Origin: an uncultured delta proteobacterium
GTDB taxonomy: Bacteria > Desulfobacterota > Desulfobacteria > Desulfobacterales > SpSt-501
DNA: 64,000 nucleotides
NCBI GenBank assembly: GCA_963700055.1
Contig: CAVOWH010000001.1
Span: 2,199 to 66,198 of the forward strand
Reading direction: 5' to 3'
The translations under genes and the position numbers were made by a program. The stretch's first letter is position 1, and the number at the start of each line of letters is the position of its first letter. Shown here one piece after another: positions 39,393 to 48,307 of the stretch. The notes under the pieces were generated by a model. It saw only the letters and a list, made by a program, of their open reading frames with translations. It did not search any database and had not been told where the DNA came from.

Positions 39393-40139
39393 TCACGGCT
39401 CGATGCTGTCCTTCATGCGATAGCTTTTTCCCTCGACGATGACAGTTTCCGCGTGATGCAGCAGGCGATCGAGGATAGCGGAAGTGAGGGTGCTGTCGTT
39501 GTTGAAGATTTCCGGCCAATCCTTGAAGGCCCGGTTGGAGGTGATCACCAAGGCGCCCTGCTCATAGCGCTGGCTGATGACTTGGAAGAGCAGATCGGCG
39601 CCGGTCTTGTCGATGGGCAGGAAGCCGAGTTCATCGAGGATCAAGACCGCGGGGCGGGTGTATTTTTTAAGCTCGGCTTTCATGCGGCCGGCGGCTTGGG
39701 CCGCGGTGAGGGTGTTGATGACATCGATGGCGGTGGCAAACAGAACGCAGTAACCCTCCAGGCAGGCCTGGTATCCGAGGGCGGCGGCCAGATGGGTTTT
39801 TCCCAGCCCGACACCGCCCAGGAAGATGACGTTGGCCTTATCGGCTACAAACTGCAGGCGGAAGAGGTTTTTGACCTGCAGGCGGTTTACTTTTTTGGGC
39901 CAGCTCCAGTTGAACTGATCGAGAGTCTTGATCACCGGGAAGCGGGCCTGTTGAATGCGGCGTTGGATGGAGCGATCGCGGCGGAAGGCGGCCTCGCCGT
40001 CGGCGAGTTTTTCGAGGTAGTCGACGTGGGCAAGCTGTTTTTCGGCGGCCTGGGTGGCAAGGCTTTGGTAGTGCTCGCGGATAAAGGGCAGCTTGAGGTA
40101 TTTGAGGTGCTCATCGAGTCGGGGGTTATCCTTCGTCAT
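39393..40139 (-). CDS. istB: IS21 helper ATPase IstB (inner copy)
   Basis: Walker A FLGGVGLGKTHLAAAL, Walker B LILDELGF. Confidence 0.9.
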   Translation of the reverse strand: MTKDNPRLDEHLKYLKLPFIREHYQSLATQAAEKQLAHVDYLEKLADGEAAFRRDRSIQRRIQQARFPVIKTLDQFNWSWPKKVNRLQVKNLFRLQFVADKANVIFLGGVGLGKTHLAAALGYQACLEGYCVLFATAIDVINTLTAAQAAGRMKAELKKYTRPAVLILDELGFLPIDKTGADLLFQVISQRYEQGALVITSNRAFKDWPEIFNNDSTLTSAILDRLLHHAETVIVEGKSYRMKDSIEP

Positions 40140-41602
40140 CGCTCATCCTTTCGTAGACGGACAGATCCGGGTGTTCCAGGCGGATATCGAGCAGGTCTTC
40201 GCGCCGGGTGAGGTGAAGCGCTGCGGGCTCTTTGTGGAAGCGAGCGCGCTGTTGAAGCAGATTGGCGATGTACTCGCAGGAGAAGGCTTCAAAGACGAAG
40301 GCATCCTCGATGGCGCGTGCGACGGGCTCATGTCCGTAGATTTCACTTAAGGCGACGATCTTGCGCACGTGCTCCTGGGGGTTCAGGCGGCGCTCTTGCA
40401 GCTTGCGGTAATAAAGGTCGGCCTTGGGCGAAAGGGATAGAAAGCGCATGAAGATTTTCTGGTCGAGGGCCTTTTTGCGTTGGGAGAGAAGCGCCTTGGG
40501 GTGGTCGGGGTCCTCGAAGTCCTGGTAGCGCTCATAGCTGCGGATATGCCGTGCGATCAGGTTGTCGCCTGCGTAGATACAAATCCGCTCGGGATCGGTT
40601 TTGACCGTAAGCGCTCTTCCCGCATGTTCAGCGGGCACCGAGTAGCGGTTGGTGTCAAGGGTGATGCGGAACTGACTGGAGGCGCGCTGGGGGTTTACGG
40701 TGGCAATATCGAAGTCGTTTATCGGAAGCGGCAGCAGACAGGGCCGCTCGGCTTCGAAGAGCTCAACGGGTTTTTTGCGGGTCTCGCCGTGGATGCGCAC
40801 GTTGGCAACCGTCTCAAGCCAGTTTCTTGCGGCCGGAGCGATGGCGGCAAAATCCGGGATATCGAGTCCGGCGAGAAAGTTCTTTTTGACATAGCCGACC
40901 GCGTTTTCCACCCGGCCCTTTTCGTTGCCGCGGCCCACGTTGCAGGCGGCGATGGTAAAGCCGCAGTGGTTGGCAAAGTCGAGGTATTTGGGGTTGAACA
41001 CCGGCGGCCGGCCGAGAATACGCCTCAAGACCGCGGACTTGAGATTGTCGACCATGATTTTTTTGGGGACACAACCGAAGAAGTCAAACGCGTTTTTATG
41101 GCAGCACAGGAAGTGCTCCATGCTCTGGCTGACGGTGAACTCGCAATAGAGCATGCGGCTGTAGCAGAGCACCATCACAAAGAAGCTCAAACGCCTGCGG
41201 GTGTTGCCCACGGTAACCGAGCCGTAGGAGCCCCAGTCGACCTGGGCGCACTCGCCGGGGGCAAAGGCAAGGGTCAAGTAGGCGGGGCTCTTCGGTGGCC
41301 GGATGCTTCTCACGTAGTCTTTTACGATACTGTAGCCTCCGGCAAAGCCCTGCCCGCGGATGCGCACAAGGATCTGGGCGGCGGTAAACGTATGGGTTTG
41401 GAGCATGCGCGGCGATCTCGTTTTTGAAAGGGTCCAGCTTGCTTGATCGCAGCCGGGCTTTGCGCGGGCAGAAGCGCTCGCGGGTGAGCCACTTGGCAAC
41501 GGTGCGCGGATCCATCGCGAGTTCGCCTGCGATTTGATGGGCGTTTAAGGCTTCGTGTTCTTTGAGATGCCGGATTTTGCAAAAAAGCTCGTAGTCGATC
41601 AT
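40126..41602 (-). pseudogene. istA: IS21 transposase IstA (inner copy), one frameshift near 41415
   Basis: N-terminus MIDYELFCKIRHLKEHEALNAHQIAGELAMDPRTVAKWL (ORF 41096..41602), then the DDE core AQVDWGS...CYSRMLY...GNEKGRVENAV in ORF 40126..41499. Confidence 0.85.
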
Positions 41603-41976
41603 GCGGCGCCTCCCAGCTGTTTGAAGATTTCTTTGATCGAACAGATCCCCCCGCCGCGTTCAGAGGAAAGCAGCGACCCATCGAGCGAGAGCACCTGATA
41701 GAGGGGATTTTGGTAGGCGATCAGATCAGCGCGCAGAAGTTCCTTCCGGGCGTTATCCAGGCGATCGGCGGCCATGGTCAGGTATCTGCCGATGGAGCGC
41801 TCGGAGTAGAAGCTCAAGCCCCTGGCGTCGGCCACGGTGACCAGAAACAGATAAAGGGCTGCCGCCGCGTGGCTCAAGCGCTCGATGTGGTGCTCGCGCA
41901 CCAGGCGCTGATCGATCCAGCTGAACTGCGGGGGGATTTTTCGTAACCTCTCGGGGTCAAGCAGATGTTTTTCCAT
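41599..41976 (-). CDS. Winged-helix-like small protein whose stop overlaps the inner istA start
   Basis: MEKHLLDPERLRK...LSHAAAALYLFLVTVADARGLSFYSERSIGRYL. AAAGGAGG RBS; the stop overlaps the istA ATG (ATGA). Confidence 0.55.
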   Translation of the reverse strand: MEKHLLDPERLRKIPPQFSWIDQRLVREHHIERLSHAAAALYLFLVTVADARGLSFYSERSIGRYLTMAADRLDNARKELLRADLIAYQNPLYQVLSLDGSLLSSERGGGICSIKEIFKQLGGAA

Positions 41977-41989
41977 GGGGCGGCCTCCT

Positions 41990-42457
41990 TTATACCGGTG
42001 GGTAGAGGATATCGTTTCCCAATTGTTGCATACGGCGGGCGGCCCTGGCGATGTCATCTTGTAACGCAAAACCGGTCAGTTGGGCGATTAGCCCAACCAT
42101 AACAGCCGGTTGCATGATTAAGGCATCTTGTAACGCAGCCGTTCCGGGCTTAGCGTTATTCAGATTGTTTACAGATAGTTGCTCGATTAAGGGATCTTGT
42201 AACGCAACGGGGCTGCGTTGAGCTCTTCGCCAGTAGCCGGGGTGCGCCTTTCGCCACTGCTGGACCCGGAGCACATGCTCGGCTCCGCGAAAGTAGTCGC
42301 GGTTCTCCTCTTTTTGCAGCCACCGCTTCTGGCTTTCGGCCTTGCTATGCTTGCGGCAGGCGGGCTTTGAGCAGTACCGCTGGCGGGTGGCATTGCGGGC
42401 ATCGGGGGTGAACAACTGCTGGCAATGAGGACATTTTATTCGGGTTATCCCTGACAT
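41990..42457 (-). CDS. Zinc-ribbon protein upstream of the winged-helix ORF
   Basis: IKCPHCQQLFTPDARNATRQRYCSKPACRK (CxxC...CxxxC). Confidence 0.5.
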   Translation of the reverse strand: MSGITRIKCPHCQQLFTPDARNATRQRYCSKPACRKHSKAESQKRWLQKEENRDYFRGAEHVLRVQQWRKAHPGYWRRAQRSPVALQDPLIEQLSVNNLNNAKPGTAALQDALIMQPAVMVGLIAQLTGFALQDDIARAARRMQQLGNDILYPPV

Positions 42458-42601
42458 CGGCCGGCGATCTCCTTTGGCCGATGCTACCGGATGAATCGGT
42501 CAGGGCGGAATAAAATCTTTGGAAGAAGACGGAGGGAAGAAAACCAGAAGAAGGGGATTTAAAAAGGGCTTTGGGGAAGAAGACGGAGCAGGGAAAACGG
42601 C

Positions 42602-43417
42602 ATGTTCAAACCGCCAGGATTAAAGCATTTCTATAACACCGCTGGAAACCAGGTGGGCACCGTGCGTCGTCGTTTCTTCGTGCCCCGGCCGAAGGTCAAC
42701 GACTATGCCGAACTCAATGAGCATCTCAAAGAACGTTGTCTGCAATGGGCGAGATCTCACCCGCATCCGGATCTTGCCGGGCAGAGCGTGTGGGAGGCCT
42801 ATGAAGCCGAGCGGCCGCACTTGATCCCCTTGCCGCCTCGCTTTGACGCTTATGCGGAGCGTCCGGCCGGGGTCAGCACCAGCAGCCTGGTACGCTTCGA
42901 CGGCAACCGCTACAGCGTGAACGGTGAACATGCGGGGATCGTACACGCCGAGCGCATTGTGATGGTCTGCGAGGGTCAGGTGATCGGAGATCACCAGCGG
43001 CATTTTGGCAGAGGTAAGACGATCTTCGATCCCTGGCATTACCTGCCTGCGCTGGAGCGAAAGCCGGGCGCATTGCGCAACGGGGCTCCGTTCAAGCACT
43101 GGGATCTTCCGCAGGCCCTTGGGCGCATCGGCGAGCAGTTGCAGCGCCGCTATGCGGATTGGGACCGGCAGTATGTGGGTATCCTGCAGGCCGTTCCCCT
43201 TTACGGGCTGGATGCGGTGGATCTTGCCTGTCGCGAGGCCCTGGAGATGGGAGCCTTCAGCAAGGAGGTCGTGCTCAACCTGCTCAACCGCAGCCGGGAC
43301 GATGCGGCAGCCGCGTCGATCGAGCCTGCAGAGCACCTGCGTCTCAAGCAGCCGCCGGTTGCCGATTGCCAGCGCTACGACCGCTTGCGGAAGGAGGTGG
43401 CCTATGCTGCGCCATGA
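42602..43417 (+). pseudogene. istA: Outer IS21 IstA, C-terminal fragment
   Basis: Resumes at GNQVGTVRRRFFVPRPKVNDYAELNEHL and runs to the C-terminus. About 170 codons (the DDE core) are missing between the two halves. Confidence 0.8.
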
Positions 43418-44135
43418 GGTGCTTGGTCTGATGGAAGCCCTCAAGCTCCGAGGCATGCAGGCGGTCTACGACGAAGTGCTCGCAAGCGGCCGCAAGCAAC
43501 GCGCCATTCCGGAGAAGGTAGTCCTGGAGCTGCTCAAGGCCGAGACCGCTGAACGCAAGCTACGCAGCATCCGCTATCGCCTTGGGCAGGCCCGCTTCCC
43601 CATGCTCAAGGACCTCGACAGTTTTCGGTTCGCAGACTCAGCCATCGATGAAGCCCAGATCCGCTCGTTATACGAGGGGGGCTTTCTCGAAGAACACAGC
43701 AATCTGATCTTCGTCGGCGGCACCGGTACCGGCAAGACGCATCTGGCCATCGCCATCGCGGCCAATCTCGTGCGCCAAGGATCACGAGCTCGTTTTTACA
43801 ACCTGGTGGATCTGGCCAACGATCTGGAACAGGAGAATCTAGCCGGTCGTGGGGGCAGGCTTACTGCCAGCTTGTCACGCTTCAACCTGGTGCTGCTCGA
43901 TGAGTTGGGCTACCTGCCGTTCTCCAAAAACGCCAGCCAGCTGCTCTTCCACCTGATCTCCAAGCTCTACGAGCAGACCTCAGTGATCATCACCACCAAT
44001 CTCGCCTTCGGGGAATGGCCCCAGGTCTTCGGCGACAAGAAAATGACCACCGCCATGCTCGACCGCATCACGCATCATTGCGAAATCATCGAAACCGGCA
44101 ACGACTCCTGGAGAATGAAACACAGATCCTCCTGA
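43404..44135 (+). CDS. istB: IS21 helper ATPase IstB (outer copy)
   Basis: [18 protein letters not shown]...[16 protein letters not shown]...VLLDELGY; overlaps the istA end. Confidence 0.9.
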   Translation: MLRHEVLGLMEALKLRGMQAVYDEVLASGRKQRAIPEKVVLELLKAETAERKLRSIRYRLGQARFPMLKDLDSFRFADSAIDEAQIRSLYEGGFLEEHSNLIFVGGTGTGKTHLAIAIAANLVRQGSRARFYNLVDLANDLEQENLAGRGGRLTASLSRFNLVLLDELGYLPFSKNASQLLFHLISKLYEQTSVIITTNLAFGEWPQVFGDKKMTTAMLDRITHHCEIIETGNDSWRMKHRSS

Positions 44136-44351
44136 AACGATTGCCCAGGACGGATCTCAACTGAAAACTTCTATGCGCGGGGGTGGGTCAAAATTGGATG
44201 CCGATAGTGGGTCAACTTTCGATGCCGATTGACAGTTACTATGCGGCAAGATCTGGATGGATTATCACCGGTCCCATTCAAAAAAAACACCTTGCGATAC
44301 TTTGAAAGACTGACGTCTTTACGGATCGGTTCAGCCATAAACGAATGTTAT

Positions 44352-46889
44352 TCAGTTATTTGCAAGCATCTTCATCAGATTGGGCATGCCGTGTCCCTGG
44401 ATGTACACATCACGGTTGAGATCGGTGCAGTTGTCCAGAAGGATCCTTTTTACCCGGTTTGGATAGCCGATGAATTCACGTCTCACGGAAAGGAATGCGG
44501 CCAACAGTCCCGACACATGTGGAGCTGCCATACTTGTACCACTCATCTCAATATACAGGTCATTAAGGGTCCTCTGATCTTCCGGCTTGTTTTTGTCATA
44601 GGCGTGGTAAGCGGACAGAACCTGCTCGCCCGGGGCTACAAGATCGGGCTTTTTTCGTCCGTCAGCCGTAGGTCCTCTCGAAGAGAAGTAAGAAACCCCG
44701 TATGTATGCGGATTAGACTTATGTATTGACCCTACGGCTATTGCCTCTTCGAGATTAGCCGGATCTCCGATTGAGAGGTCCATATTGGACGGAACTTGTC
44801 CTCCCAGAGCTTGAAGGACAGCGTATCCTTCATTGCCTGCCGCCAGACAAACCAGAACCCCCTGACCCCACAATCGACGCAACTCCTGGCATACTGGAGT
44901 ATGACCGCAGCCATACACGCTTGAATCAAATGATCCCCCAAGGCTTAGGTTCACTCCCTGGACTACCAGCTTACCCGCATTTTCATTGAGATCGGCAATG
45001 CAAGTGAGGGCTTTGATAACGTATGAGTCCTGACCATTGCCCTGATCATCGAGTACTTTTAATCCATATAGTTTTGTTTCTGGAGCCATTCCGCTAAAGA
45101 TGTCATCGGGTGCTCCGGATTTGTCCATAGACTTGTGCCATCCGGCAATGATTCCCGCCACATGTGTACCGTGCCCGTTTTTGTCTGCCGTTTTACTCTC
45201 ATCCTCATTTATTTCCTCTGGCTCTCCACGCTTCGTACAGTCCCACTGGCGTGCGACGTTTCTGTGCTTCTTGAAATGGGGGTGATCCGCACAGATTCCT
45301 GTATCGAGTATTGCCCACACAATGTCCCTGCCCAAGGCTTCATAGCTCAAATTTGCCGGACGAGCCTGAACGGTGATAGTAGATCGATTTATCAATGCCT
45401 TCTTTGATGCATCCCGCCACACCTTCTCGATCATCAAGTCTTTGTATCGGGTACGCAGCCGCTCGATTTCGAGTCGTGTGAGCTTTGCCGACATCCACCT
45501 TCTGAGTGGATCAATTGCGGCATCCTCCACACTGTCGCCGCTCTGAGTGACCATCTCCTCGATTGTCTCTCTCAGTTTGGCGCCAACATCGGAGAGATTT
45601 TCCTGATCGAGTGGCCCTCTACCGGCATGGGTCGTCAGTTGAATCAATACCGTGTGCCGTTCCTTTCGAAAGCTATCCTCCAGCCCTTCGACCAGATCCT
45701 TCACGATAATGGATTTGGCCACCGCTTGAGAGAATCCATTGCCCGCCGTTTCACGCACCGCGGTGCGGACCGGGATGCTGCGAAGATAGCCCGTAGCTGA
45801 ATGAGGGTGTAGCGGCGCATCAGGATTCAAGAGAAGCTCGCTGTAATTCTCAATTCTTTCTTTTGGAGAGAAATCGTTTCCTACATCATGATCGGCCGCC
45901 ACGGGGTCGAGCCACTCAGATACATTGATCCACCTCGAAACGCAGGCAGGCACACTGAGAACTCCATCGGGTGCCCAGCCCCGAAAAATGTCCTTCACTT
46001 GCGGGAGCCCAAGAGGCGAACCGATTGTCAGGAAGAGCCGCACATCACATTCAGCTTGGGAAAGCTGACGCAGAACGTTGTATGCGATCATCGATCCCTG
46101 GCTGTGGGCTATCACAATAAACGGCCCGCCACCAGCATTGAGACGATCCACCAAGCTCTGCTCCATGGCCTGTCTTCTATCGGGATGGAAAAAGAAGTCG
46201 TTCAAATCCCTGAGAAACGCACGGGTGAGCTTTTGTGTGACAAGTCGCATGAGAAAGGAGTCCAGAGGCACAAATCTGATGCGTGCGTTAGCAGCCTTTA
46301 GGACCCGATCATCTATGTTACTTTCCTTGAGCAATCCCCGTCTGGTCATGTCCTCAGCCATCTTACGCAGCCAAACACGCTGGGCTTCGTTTCTGGTAAG
46401 GGCTTTTATTTCCGACTCAATTGCCTTCCGCTCGTCTGTGGGCTTCTTTGAAGCAAGGGCTATTGTGGATTTGGGCGTTACCTCATCGTCATCTATTTTA
46501 ATCGTGTCTTCGTGGGCGCACGTTTCATTGGACGGGACAGGATAATATTCTCTATTGACCCAGTAAGCCATGCGGCTGCGGTCGCCAAGTTGCACTCCAA
46601 ACAATGCGGAATCCCACTGGCACTTCAGGACAGATGCAGGTGGTTTATTTCCGATACCGTGGACATATATGATGGTTTCAATTTGAGAAGGTGCACCTCG
46701 AGCAACCGTGAGCGGTGCTCTTTCTTTTGGTCTTGGTGGGCTAATTGAAATAGGCCCGGGTGGTTCAATCTTCAAAGCCGTCTTGAATGATGAAGCCCTC
46801 TTGCCTGCAACGGATGCACTTTCTGCGGCGCTCCTGTCGGTTGGTTCCGTCTGCTTCTGCTTCCTCGGAGGCTTCGTTCGCTTAGCCAT
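44352..46889 (-). CDS. Fusion protein: basic disordered N-terminus, alpha/beta-hydrolase-like domain, C-terminal subtilisin-like S8 peptidase; no signal peptide
   Basis: IIYVHGIGNKPP and FIVIAHSQGSMIAYN (nucleophile elbow). S8 triad contexts WAILDTGICADHPHF, NGHGTHVAGIIAG, MSGTSMAAPHVSGLLAAF. GAGGAG RBS. Confidence 0.85.
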   Translation of the reverse strand: MAKRTKPPRKQKQTEPTDRSAAESASVAGKRASSFKTALKIEPPGPISISPPRPKERAPLTVARGAPSQIETIIYVHGIGNKPPASVLKCQWDSALFGVQLGDRSRMAYWVNREYYPVPSNETCAHEDTIKIDDDEVTPKSTIALASKKPTDERKAIESEIKALTRNEAQRVWLRKMAEDMTRRGLLKESNIDDRVLKAANARIRFVPLDSFLMRLVTQKLTRAFLRDLNDFFFHPDRRQAMEQSLVDRLNAGGGPFIVIAHSQGSMIAYNVLRQLSQAECDVRLFLTIGSPLGLPQVKDIFRGWAPDGVLSVPACVSRWINVSEWLDPVAADHDVGNDFSPKERIENYSELLLNPDAPLHPHSATGYLRSIPVRTAVRETAGNGFSQAVAKSIIVKDLVEGLEDSFRKERHTVLIQLTTHAGRGPLDQENLSDVGAKLRETIEEMVTQSGDSVEDAAIDPLRRWMSAKLTRLEIERLRTRYKDLMIEKVWRDASKKALINRSTITVQARPANLSYEALGRDIVWAILDTGICADHPHFKKHRNVARQWDCTKRGEPEEINEDESKTADKNGHGTHVAGIIAGWHKSMDKSGAPDDIFSGMAPETKLYGLKVLDDQGNGQDSYVIKALTCIADLNENAGKLVVQGVNLSLGGSFDSSVYGCGHTPVCQELRRLWGQGVLVCLAAGNEGYAVLQALGGQVPSNMDLSIGDPANLEEAIAVGSIHKSNPHTYGVSYFSSRGPTADGRKKPDLVAPGEQVLSAYHAYDKNKPEDQRTLNDLYIEMSGTSMAAPHVSGLLAAFLSVRREFIGYPNRVKRILLDNCTDLNRDVYIQGHGMPNLMKMLANN

Positions 46890-47147
46890 TAGAGTGCTCC
46901 TCGGTAATTGAATTTACAGAAGATGCTCATCCTCTTTCGAGTGCGCATGCTGTTTGATAAATCAGAACTCTCTCCAACAGGAGCTTCGCAAGTTGACTCA
47001 TTCCGTCTTCCCGCCAAAAGCAGGCAGATATGACGGAAGAATGAATTCTGTGGGCAATGTGATTGGCAATGGGCTGTTCTTCCATCCTGGATCGCTACCA
47101 ATCCGCCCAGTGCTTTGGAAATTTGGCTCTCCAGACAGCTACTGGCT

Positions 47148-47942
47148 CTATCCTCGGCTAATAGCCTCCCTTGCCCAATCACCCAGCACGGAGAGTCGAG
47201 CATAGAGGCCGGGCAACTCTGGTCTCGCACAGCCAATGCCCCAACTAGTAGCTCCGACGAGGATCTTTTGACCTTTCTGCACAGCTATTAAAGGTCCCCC
47301 AGAGTCTCCCTGACATGCGTCTTTTCCACCCTCTGGGTAGCCTGCTGAAAGCATGTTTTCAGTCACTACGGCCCCATGTCGACCATATGCTTCTTTAGCC
47401 TGGTTATATGAGACAACAGGCACTTCCACATGCCTCAAAATTTTAGTCCCCGGACCACCTTCGAAGGTAGCCCCCCATCCTATGGCTATTACTTGCCTTT
47501 CAGGGTCAGTCAGTCCTTCCGGATCACCGCTTGAGATGATTGATACCGGCTGTTTTTGGGAAGCTTTTGAAAGACGCAAAAGTGCAAGATCGCAGTCGGA
47601 GGTGTTAGGGTCATATTGAGGATGGATTATGATTTCCGCCACAGCAATTCGCTCTTCCGGTGTTTCGCGGCGGAAATCGATTATCCCTAGAACAACATCA
47701 AAATCATCCGGATCATTCCCATAGGGGCAGTGAGCTGCGGTCAGGACCCAGTTTGGGGCAATGAGAGCGCCACCACAAAACTGGCCTCTATCCGCACTGA
47801 CACCGTGAGCTACAAGTGCTGTCATCCATGGATATGCGTTTCTATCCTTTACTTCGTCTCCACCTACGATCTTGGGGCGATAAATGGTTTGTCTCCCAAA
47901 ATTAAGTGGGCTGGTTTGGGGCAATTGATTCAAAGCTTTCAT
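47148..47942 (-). CDS. Trypsin-like S1 serine peptidase with a 24-aa pro-segment and no signal peptide
   Basis: MKALNQLPQTSPLNFGRQTIYRPK-IVGGDEV; CGGALIAPNWVLTAAHC (His), DCDLALLRL (Asp), KDACQGDSGGPL (Ser; Asp at the S1 specificity position). Confidence 0.9.
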   Translation of the reverse strand: MKALNQLPQTSPLNFGRQTIYRPKIVGGDEVKDRNAYPWMTALVAHGVSADRGQFCGGALIAPNWVLTAAHCPYGNDPDDFDVVLGIIDFRRETPEERIAVAEIIIHPQYDPNTSDCDLALLRLSKASQKQPVSIISSGDPEGLTDPERQVIAIGWGATFEGGPGTKILRHVEVPVVSYNQAKEAYGRHGAVVTENMLSAGYPEGGKDACQGDSGGPLIAVQKGQKILVGATSWGIGCARPELPGLYARLSVLGDWAREAISRG

Positions 47943-48214
47943 GATTCCTCCTTTCGATTTGACAGAGTCACTTGGTTGTCTTTAATCACATAGATCATCT
48001 GGTGCAGTCCGAAGTCCTCGGTTCTCCGATCAATCACATTGAACCGGACCTTGCCCCTGAACGAGATGACCTCCCTGCCGCCAACACTTTCTTTTTGCGA
48101 AACAGGAGGGAAGATTATCGTGCTGCGTAAGCTGAACCTGTCGCCGTACTTCTCGCGAAGGTAATTAGTAATCAGCTCTTTATAGTTTTCAGGAAATCCA
48201 GCAGAGTTCGTCAT
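47939..48214 (-). CDS. Small (91 aa) protein of unknown function whose stop overlaps the S1 peptidase start
   Basis: ATG at 48214 (an alternative TTG lies at 48226). Its TGA overlaps the peptidase ATG (ATGA at 47939..47942). Confidence 0.6.
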   Translation of the reverse strand: MTNSAGFPENYKELITNYLREKYGDRFSLRSTIIFPPVSQKESVGGREVISFRGKVRFNVIDRRTEDFGLHQMIYVIKDNQVTLSNRKEES

Positions 48215-48307
48215 GATCTCAACCAAAGCCAGGTAAAGGTACTGCCTTGACTTGTACTTAAACTCTTTTCAAATCGTAAAGAATCTGCATCCCTAGGTTG
48301 CGAAATC

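Larger units (their letters stand above)
39300..42600 (-). mobile_element. Nested IS21-like unit (istA, istB and two extra upstream ORFs); boundaries approximate
   Basis: A four-gene minus-strand block sits between the two halves of the outer istA. No convincing terminal inverted repeats were found. Direct repeats CTTTGG(G)GAAGAAGACGGAG lie at about 42514 and about 42559. Confidence 0.55.
38767..44234 (+). mobile_element. IS21-family element (outer) whose istA is interrupted
   Basis: Ends TGTGAATCGGCATGCAATAATGACCCACC...GGCATCCAAAATTGACCCACCCCC (38767..) and the reverse complement at 44234, TGTCAATCGGCATCGAAAGTTGACCCAC...GGCATCCAATTTTGACCCACCCCC. Repeated TGACCCAC sites are typical of IS21 ends. 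Confidence 0.8.

Noticed and set aside
44229-44729. 166-aa plus-strand ORF at the 3' end of the S8 fusion gene
   Set aside because: It is antisense to the region encoding the GTSMAAPHVSG motif and has no RBS or motif of its own.
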